Positions 1 to 7,600 of a stretch of 24,070 bases of DNA are shown piece by piece. Where the stretch lies: the IMG/VR virus record IMGVR_UViG_3300043570_000324, positions 1 through 24,070 of that record; one strand, given 5' to 3'. This DNA is from a virus. Lineage: Duplodnaviria; Caudoviricetes. Under the pieces are notes generated by a model, which saw only the letters and a program-made list of their open reading frames with translations, did no database searches and was not told the DNA's origin. Position 1 is the stretch's first letter, and each line of letters begins with the position of its first letter. The position numbers were made by a program, and so were the translations under genes.

Positions 1-1
1 G

Positions 2-424
2 GTAGACCAGATTCTTGACGTTGCGAAACTTTACAAGCAGGGAATGCAAGTTAGCGTTGCAACTGCTTTTGCTGAGGCAACTCTAGAGAACCTTCTCTTG
101 GCCCTAGCGGGTAATAACGATGATTTGGCTGGAAACAAGTCTTCATCTGCTGGACGTACATTAACACTTTCTGCTGGAGACATCGGAGAATGTCCAGTTG
201 AGCGTGGTATCGTTGCTGTAGGACCTGGAACAGGTGACTGTGAAGATTCTGCTGCAGTAGAACGTGTATACATTGGATACCGTGCACTCTCAATTGAGAA
301 TGTTACAGTATCAGCAAAGCGTGATGAGGCTTCAATGTTTGAAGTATCATTCCGTCTGCTACCAGAAGATACATCAGGCACATACGGAAAGATCATTGAC
401 CGTACACACACAGTTGCATCATAA
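2..424 (+). CDS. Major tail (tube) protein, C-terminal part (5' end outside the window)
   Basis: Frame 2 is open from base 2 (VDQILDVAKLYKQGMQVSVATAFAEATLENL...) to TAA 422-424, so the ATG at 44 is internal. The sequence is beta-rich and tube-like (SIENVTVSAKRDEASMFEVSFRLLP). It lies upstream of a terminator, the chaperones and the TMP, the canonical siphovirus order. Confidence 0.8.
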   Translation, partial: VDQILDVAKLYKQGMQVSVATAFAEATLENLLLALAGNNDDLAGNKSSSAGRTLTLSAGDIGECPVERGIVAVGPGTGDCEDSAAVERVYIGYRALSIENVTVSAKRDEASMFEVSFRLLPEDTSGTYGKIIDRTHTVAS

Positions 425-458
425 TAATGTTGCAATAATCTAGTTTTAGATTACAACT

Positions 459-490
459 AGCCCACTTCTTTAATCGGAGGTGGGTTTTTT
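459..490 (+). terminator. Rho-independent terminator after the major tail gene
   Basis: Stem AGCCCACTTC(T) / (G)GAGGTGGGTT with G-U pairs, loop about TTAATC, followed by a T-run (485-490) and GTTT. Confidence 0.85.
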
Positions 491-495
491 GTTTG

Positions 496-504
496 TGGTA
501 GAAT
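496..504 (+). promoter_or_regulatory. Extended -10 promoter (TGgTAGAAT), probably giving a leaderless or near-leaderless transcript
   Basis: TG-n-TAGAAT ends 8 nt before ATG 513. There is no Shine-Dalgarno and no recognisable -35. Confidence 0.55.
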
Positions 505-512
505 TAAGTATA

Positions 513-1223
513 ATGGCAACTAGAATATATAAAAATCAAATAATATCTTTATTTAATGGCAAAGAATTAGAAATCATACCATTAAAGATAAGGTACCTTC
601 GTGAATTTATGGAGATATTTGAAAATATAAAAGAAGCAAAAAGCGATGATGAATCTATCGCTGTCCTGGTAGAGTGTGTTCGTATATGTATGAAGCAATA
701 CTGTCCAGAAATATCATCTACCGCTAAAGATGTAGAGGATAACTTTGACATGCCCACAATTTATAAAATATTAGATTCTTCTGCTGGGATTAAAATTAAT
801 CAAAAATCTGAAGAGCCAGTAAAGGATCAAGCAGGAAAAAGTGGAGAAACTTGGGAAACACTAGACTTGGCAAAACTTGAAGCAGAAGTATTTTTGCTGG
901 GTATCTGGAAAGATTATCAAGAACTAGAAACCTCTTTATCAATGCCAGAACTTATGGCTACCCTTGAAGTACTTAGAGAATTAGATTACTCAGAAAAGAA
1001 ATTTCTTGCAGCAATCCAGGGTGTGGATTTAGAAGGGGATAAGAATGAAAACAAAGGACAGAAAGAATGGGAAGACATGAAGGCAAGAGTATTTAGCGGT
1101 GGTAAAGCAACAGATAGTAATGATGTCTTGGCTTTACAAGGAGTTAATGCTCAAAAGGCAGGGTTTGGAATTGGAATGGGTCTTGATTATGGAGACGAAA
1201 GAGACCCAAGCCTAATGAAGTAA
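513..1223 (+). CDS. Tail assembly chaperone, long form (G-like N-domain plus T-like C-domain in one ORF)
   Basis: Lies between the tail tube and TMP genes. Start reassigned from GTG 480, which is inside the terminator stem, to ATG 513 because MATRIYK aligns with the start of the paralog MATTVYE at 1292. The C-terminal half is acidic and helical (WKDYQELETSLSMPELMATL), as expected of a gpT-like domain. Confidence 0.75.
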   Translation: MATRIYKNQIISLFNGKELEIIPLKIRYLREFMEIFENIKEAKSDDESIAVLVECVRICMKQYCPEISSTAKDVEDNFDMPTIYKILDSSAGIKINQKSEEPVKDQAGKSGETWETLDLAKLEAEVFLLGIWKDYQELETSLSMPELMATLEVLRELDYSEKKFLAAIQGVDLEGDKNENKGQKEWEDMKARVFSGGKATDSNDVLALQGVNAQKAGFGIGMGLDYGDERDPSLMK

Positions 1224-1255
1224 AAATGTTTAATAACTTAAAAATAGCCTATTTG

Positions 1256-1284
1256 TGCTATAATTGATATAATCTAACAGGAGG
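1256..1284 (+). promoter_or_regulatory. Tandem extended -10 promoters plus strong RBS
   Basis: TGcTATAAT (1256-1264) is immediately followed by TGaTATAAT (1265-1273). AGGAGG at 1279-1284 lies 7 nt before ATG 1292. Confidence 0.7.
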
Positions 1285-1291
1285 AAATACA

Positions 1292-1624
1292 ATGGCAACA
1301 ACAGTGTATGAGGGGGCAGAACTAACGCTTATGGATGGAACAAAGATAAAGGTACGTCCTTTAAAGATTTCTTTGCTTCGCCCATTTATGAAGAAGTTTG
1401 AGCAGGTAGCCTTAGTAGCAGAGGATAACGAAAAGTCTATGGCTCTTCTTATTGAATGCGTACAGATTGCAATGGAGCAGTACAAGCCAGAATTGGCTGG
1501 AGATATAGCAAAGTTGGAAGATGTTTTAGATCTACCAACAGTCTACAACATTATTGAAGCAGCATCTGGAGTAAAACTTAGTGATGCTAACGCACTGCTA
1601 AATACAGTGCTTGCAAATAACTAA
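1292..1624 (+). CDS. Tail assembly chaperone, short form (G-like), paralog of the N-terminus of 513..1223
   Basis: 110 aa with a strong RBS, directly upstream of the TMP. It shares PLKI, LRxFM, ECVxIxMxQYxPE and EDxxDxPTxY with the upstream ORF. Confidence 0.78.
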   Translation: MATTVYEGAELTLMDGTKIKVRPLKISLLRPFMKKFEQVALVAEDNEKSMALLIECVQIAMEQYKPELAGDIAKLEDVLDLPTVYNIIEAASGVKLSDANALLNTVLANN

Positions 1625-1643
1625 ATAAAAGAGGTGTAAGTTC

Positions 1644-4600
1644 ATGAGTGACGTTAATGCTAATATAGGCATAAATATAAATGCCTCATCAGCATTAGCG
1701 GAACTCAAGGCTTTACAACGTCAGATTGCCACGTTTCATCAACAGGTGGCAAAGGGTAGTGCTTCTGCTGCTATCGCTCAAAAAGGTTTACAGACTAACC
1801 TTCTAAATGCAATCAATGCTACTGGTAAATTCCATGCTCAGATGGGTCTTGTAAGAACATCCACTGAGTCATTTACCCATGCTCTTGAAACCAATAAGTT
1901 ATCCATGGGTCAATACTTTAAGTATGCTGCTGGATCAACTAAAACTTTTGGTAAACTTTTTAAATCAGAATTTGACACAATTGCCAAGGTAGCACAAGAG
2001 CGTGTAAAGAAGATGCAAACCCAGTATATTAAAATGGGTAAAGATGCACAAGGCGCAACAAGAGCGATGTCGATTACTCCTCATTCATTAAACATGAAGG
2101 ATGCAGCAACACAGATAGCCATAGCCTCACAAAAACAAGCAATCTTTAATCAGTTAGTAAGACAAGGTTCAACAAATCTTTTAAACTTTGGTAAAAATAC
2201 ACAATGGGCTGGCCGTCAGTTAATGGTTGGTTTTTCTGTTCCATTGCTATACCTTGGCAGCGTAGCATCTAAAGTATTTATGGATCTTGAAAAACAGGCT
2301 ATTAGATTTAAGCGTGTTTATGGAACCATGTTTACAACATCAGATGAGACAAATAAAGCCCTTGCAGACATTCAAATTCTTGCAAAAGAATTTACAAAAT
2401 ATGGTGTAGCAGTTGCAGATACTGTAAAGATGGCTGCTGATGCTGCTGCTATGGGTAAGACTGGTGCAGAACTTACAGCCCAGGTAGCAGAAGCAACAAG
2501 ACTTGCAGTTCTTGGCGGGGTTGAACAACAGCAGGCACTAGAAACAACAATATCATTAACAAATGCTTTTGGAGTTTCTGCCAAAGACCTAACAAGTAAG
2601 ATAAACTTCCTTAACGCAGTTGAAAACCAGACAGTAGTATCTATTGAAGATTTAACAATTGCAATTCCAAAGGCTGGACCAGTTATTCAGCAACTTGGTG
2701 GCGATGTTGAAGATCTTGCATTCTTCCTAACAGCAATGAAGGAAGGTGGAATTAATGCATCAGAAGGTGCTAACGCACTTAAGTCTGGTCTTGCATCTTT
2801 AATTAATCCATCTAAAAAAGCAGAAGGAATACTTGGAGATCTTGGCATTAATATCAGGGGAATTGTTGAAGCCAACAAGGGTGATATTAGAAGCACAGTT
2901 ATTGGTTTTTCTCAAGCACTAGATACCTTAGATCCACTTAATCGTGCTCGTGCAATTGAACAACTATTCGGAAAGTTTCAATTTGCACGTCTGTCTACAC
3001 TATTCCAAAATGTAACAAAAGAAGGAACCCAGGCATCAAAGGTTTTGCAACTTGCTGGGGCATCAGTAGAAGAACTTGCAATTATATCAGAGCGAGAATT
3101 AAAGACAGTAGAAAATGCTGTTGGTGTTAATTTTAGAGAATCAATAGAAAAACTAAAACTTACACTTGTTCCAATTGGAGAAGCATTCTTAAAAGCACTT
3201 ACACCAGTTGTCAAAGTTGTTGGAAATGTTCTTGATAAATTTAATAATCTAGGCGATGGTACAAAAAAGTTTATTGTAATTGCAACAGGTCTTGTTGGAT
3301 TTATTGGACCAGTATTACTTATGACATTTGGTTTGTTGGCTAATGGTCTTGCCAATATTATTAAATTATTTTTAGCACTGCGAGTTGGATTCTTAAAGAT
3401 GACTGGAGATTCATCTAACCTTGCAGCAACAACTAATTATTTAACTGCAGAGCAACTTGAAGCCACTACAGTTGCTGCATCTCTTAATCAAGCACATACC
3501 AGACTTACACAACAGTTTGAATTAGAAACAGGTGCAGTCTCAGCCTTGCGTTCAGCATATGTTGCAGCAACTGTTGCAGCAGCAAAATTTGCTATGGCAA
3601 ATCCAGGAATGATGGCTGGAAGGGCTGGAAAGGCCGCTGCTGGAGCAAAGCCTGGAGTAAAAAATATTCCATTCTCATATGCCAAGGGAGCAACATATGT
3701 TCCAGGTACAGGAAATAAAGATAGCGTAGCATCTATGCTCACTCCTGGAGAAGCAGTCATCCCAGCACCAGTTGCACAAGATCCTCAATTCCAGCCAATT
3801 ATCGATGCAATGGTTAATGGAAAACTTCAAGGATTTAATGGCGGTGCTACAAAAGTAACTCAAGCAAGTAAAAAAGAAACAAAGATGTCTTCAAAAGATG
3901 CATTTACACATGTCGGCAAAGCAGAATCCCTTCTTGCACAAGACTATATAAAACAAACTCCTGGATTAACAGCATATGACAAAGCAAGAATAAATGCTGT
4001 AGATGGAATAGTAAGGGCTAATACTGGACAATCAGGAAGTGTTTTAAATTATGGAGGCTTAGGGTTTTCTTTTGATGCAGAATTAAACAATCAACTTGCT
4101 AAAAAAAGTGGTGTTCCAATTAATGTTTTTGAAAAAGAGTGGTTATCTCAAGGTCCAGGAAAATGGAATGCAACAGAACAAAGGTTGATGATAGAAAATC
4201 TTCACGGAACAGATAACAAAATTATTGATGATGCAATGTTGAAAAAAATTAAAGAAGAGGCGGCAAAAAATGGTGGAAAGGTCACAGATGATATAATTAA
4301 ACAATCTTTTAAAGATCTGCCACCAGAAGCAAAAATAACAAAAACATATGAGTCAATGCGTGGACTCCTTGAGTCCAAATCAAAGTATGGCCTTGGAAAA
4401 GGTTTATCTCATAATCCAAAAATACTAGAACAAAAGTTTAGAAAAGCCATAGCCGCAGGAACAATTGCAAATTTGCCAGTTACTATAATCGATGGAGATG
4501 CTACAGAGTATAAAGGAAAACCAACCCCATTAGACAAAGATGGCAAACCAAGAAAACTATCTAGTGTAATTGGAAGCCATACAGACTTTCCACTTCCAGA

Positions 4601-7600
4601 TAACGAGCATATTATTATAAAAGGAAAAGGTAAAGGTGGCAAAGAAAGGGTTGGCGGTGAATACGTTTACGATGAAAAACTTAAAGCGCATGTATTTTTG
4701 GCAAGAGGAGCAAGTTCAAAAAGTAATAACGTAGGTCTAAGGCCTGAACTTGGTCCGTCTCAAGAAGTTAAAGAAACAAGAAAAAGATTAAGCAAAGAAT
4801 CTTTAGCAGAAATGAAAAGAATTGATGCAGAAGTAAAATCTAGTAGCATGGCAAAGGTTAAGCCTACAGACTTTGGAAAACAAATAGCAAAATCAGCAGG
4901 ATATAGTTTTCCAGGTGATAGGTCCATTGGTGGAGTATATGAAAAACCAGATGGTACTAGAGTATTTGTTAAACCAATGGTTGATGAAAAATCTGCAAGG
5001 GCTGAATTAAATATAAACAAAATTCATAAAGCAATTGGATTAACAGCACCTGAACAAGTTATGAGAACTATGACAGATCCAAATAATAAAAGAAGAAAAC
5101 TTATTGTTTTAGAATCTGCCTTTGATCCAAGATTTGCAGAAGAAAAAATGACAGGGAAATTTACAAAAAAACAATATTTTAAACAATTAACAGCATCTTT
5201 ACTTCGTGGAGACAAAGATCTAAAACGAGGAAACCTTTCTGGTAATATTGTGACAGATCCAGGTGCAGCAGGAGTATTTGATAGAGCATCTGGAAGAAGA
5301 GATTATTCTGCTAACATAAACTCAATGCTTGGTCAAGCAGAAATTAATCTACTTGGAGCACCAGGAGGTCGTGGACTAAGTAAAGACTTTGCTTTGTCAA
5401 CTGCAAACATTCCAAAGGGTATGACTGCAGATCAATACCACAGAGCAATGATTGCTGAAATAGAACGAATTACTCCAATAGTAAAAGAAACTCTTAGATC
5501 AATACCAATGACAGATCCAAATGAAGCCAAAGCATATAGAGATATGTATAGAAGACTTGTAAAGGGTAAGTATACAGACTGGCGTGGTATTCATAAGATG
5601 CATTCTGCAGTAGAGCCAGCATTTGTTACAAATAAAGAATCTCTTCTAGATGAAAAAACTGGAAAAATAGAAAAAATTAAGGGTGAGAAAAAGCCAAAGG
5701 GAGCAAAACCTGATACTGGAAAATTGGCAGACAATAAATTTACAAGAATTCCACGAAAGAAAAGAGTAGTAAAGACACCACCAAAACGTGCTGGTAGAGT
5801 TACTCTTCCAGGTTTTAACAATGCACCTACAGTAATTCCATTCTCTGACACAGGGTCAATGACACAATCACAGATTGCAGCAAAAACAAGAGTAGCAGAA
5901 TCTAAACTTATAGAGTCTGTAGAAAAATCAACTGCCGCAAACATAGAAACAGAAAAGCAAACAAAGAAACTTGGAGTAAAAGCAGCATCTGCAGCAAACG
6001 TATTTGGCATGGTAGCAATTGGTGCCTCATTCTTACCTGGAAAACTTGGAGAACTTGCACAAAAAATTCTTCCATTTGCTATTGGTCTTCAAGTTGTAAC
6101 GATGCTTTTCCCAATATTAAAAACTGGAATCTTAAAGATGGTTGCCTCTATGACCCCATGGGGATTGGCATTAACCGCAATAGTTGCTGCTATTGGTGCT
6201 GGAACACTTATTCAAAAAATGATAAATGCTAATAATATAAAGATGGCTAAAAAACAATCTGATTATATAGACTCTATCTCTGCAACAACAGAAAAAATGA
6301 AAAAGGTTTCAGCCCTAACAAATACATATAGCGCATCACAAGTTATGTCAATTAAAAGACAAAATGCTTCATCTGATAAATTCACAAAAAATTATGACCG
6401 TGCAGGGCAACAGTTTGGAACTTCATTTGCAGCATCTGAAGTTGGAAAAGAAATCTTTAAGGGGTTCCAAGACGACCTTCTTAGATCTGGCACAGGCCCT
6501 GCAGTTAAAAGTTTTGCACTTCAACTATCTGGTCTTGTTTCAGACGGAGTCATAACTGGAATACAAGCGGGAGATATTGCAAGACAAGTTGCTGTAGACT
6601 TCCAAGACATGTCTTTATATCCAAAAATTGTTGGAGACTTAACTTCTATTATTGGACCAGACGGATCAGATATATTAAAGGACCCAATAAGGGTTAGACT
6701 TGAAATAGTTAAAGAAAGTCAAGACAACATTAAAAACCTTATTTCTGGAATTATGACAACTAAAGATACTGGGTTTAGTATAAACAAAATATTTGCTGGA
6801 GTTGCTAAAAATAAAGAAATATCAGCATTAATGGGTGCCGCTTCTGTTCAAAACCTTGAAATTACACAGGCTCAAATTGATGCAACTAATTATGAGTATG
6901 ATAAAAAATTACAAATCCTTAATACTGATCTTGCTTCAGCAAAGACAGCAAAAGCAAAACTAGATATTCAAAATCAAATTAAAGAAGCAACGGATAAAAA
7001 CCTAGCAGATAATGAAAAACTTAACAAAGCAAATGCAGATAACCTCAAGGTAATGCAAGATGCCTTTAACTTAACAAAGGGTGACAGAAACTCTAGCAAT
7101 GCTTTTATGGAAGCAGCCAGACAACAAGCAAGAGCAAAAGTTAAGGGTACACAAAACGAACCATTCCTTGATCCAATGCTTAAACTAGCAGCAGGAACTG
7201 GAAGTAAGTCATTAGAGTTAAAGATAACAGCACTTGCTGGTTCTGGAACAAACCCACTACTCTTAACAAACTTAATGGGAATCTTTAAGGGAGACAATGA
7301 GGGATTAACAAAAAATCTTGATCTTATGGTTACAACACACGGTGCTGGAGAGATTCAAACTTTATTAAGTAACCTAAACATTGAAAAGTTAGATGATAAA
7401 ACAAAAAAACAACTATTTATTGATATTAATTTAGTTAAAGATAAGACTCAATTTGATGATTTAAATGCAACACTTGCAATTCTTAATACTATGCCAAAAG
7501 ACTTTGACATTAATACATTCCTTAAGGGTGATGCTATTGGTAAATTAAGAACACTAACTGGTCAATTAAACAAGGTAAACAATATTAAAGACGTTAGCGT

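Noticed and set aside
480-512. N-terminal extension MGFLFVVELSI of the long chaperone
   Set aside because: The GTG lies in the terminator stem and T-run; homology with the paralog starts at ATG 513.
1590-1650. Frameshift from the short chaperone into a downstream T frame
   Set aside because: No slippery heptamer is evident, and only 19 nt separate its stop from the TMP start, leaving no room for a T ORF.
3846-5820. TMP insert as an intein, intron or mobile element
   Set aside because: The frame is continuous, and I saw no intein splice motifs, LAGLIDADG motifs or terminal repeats.
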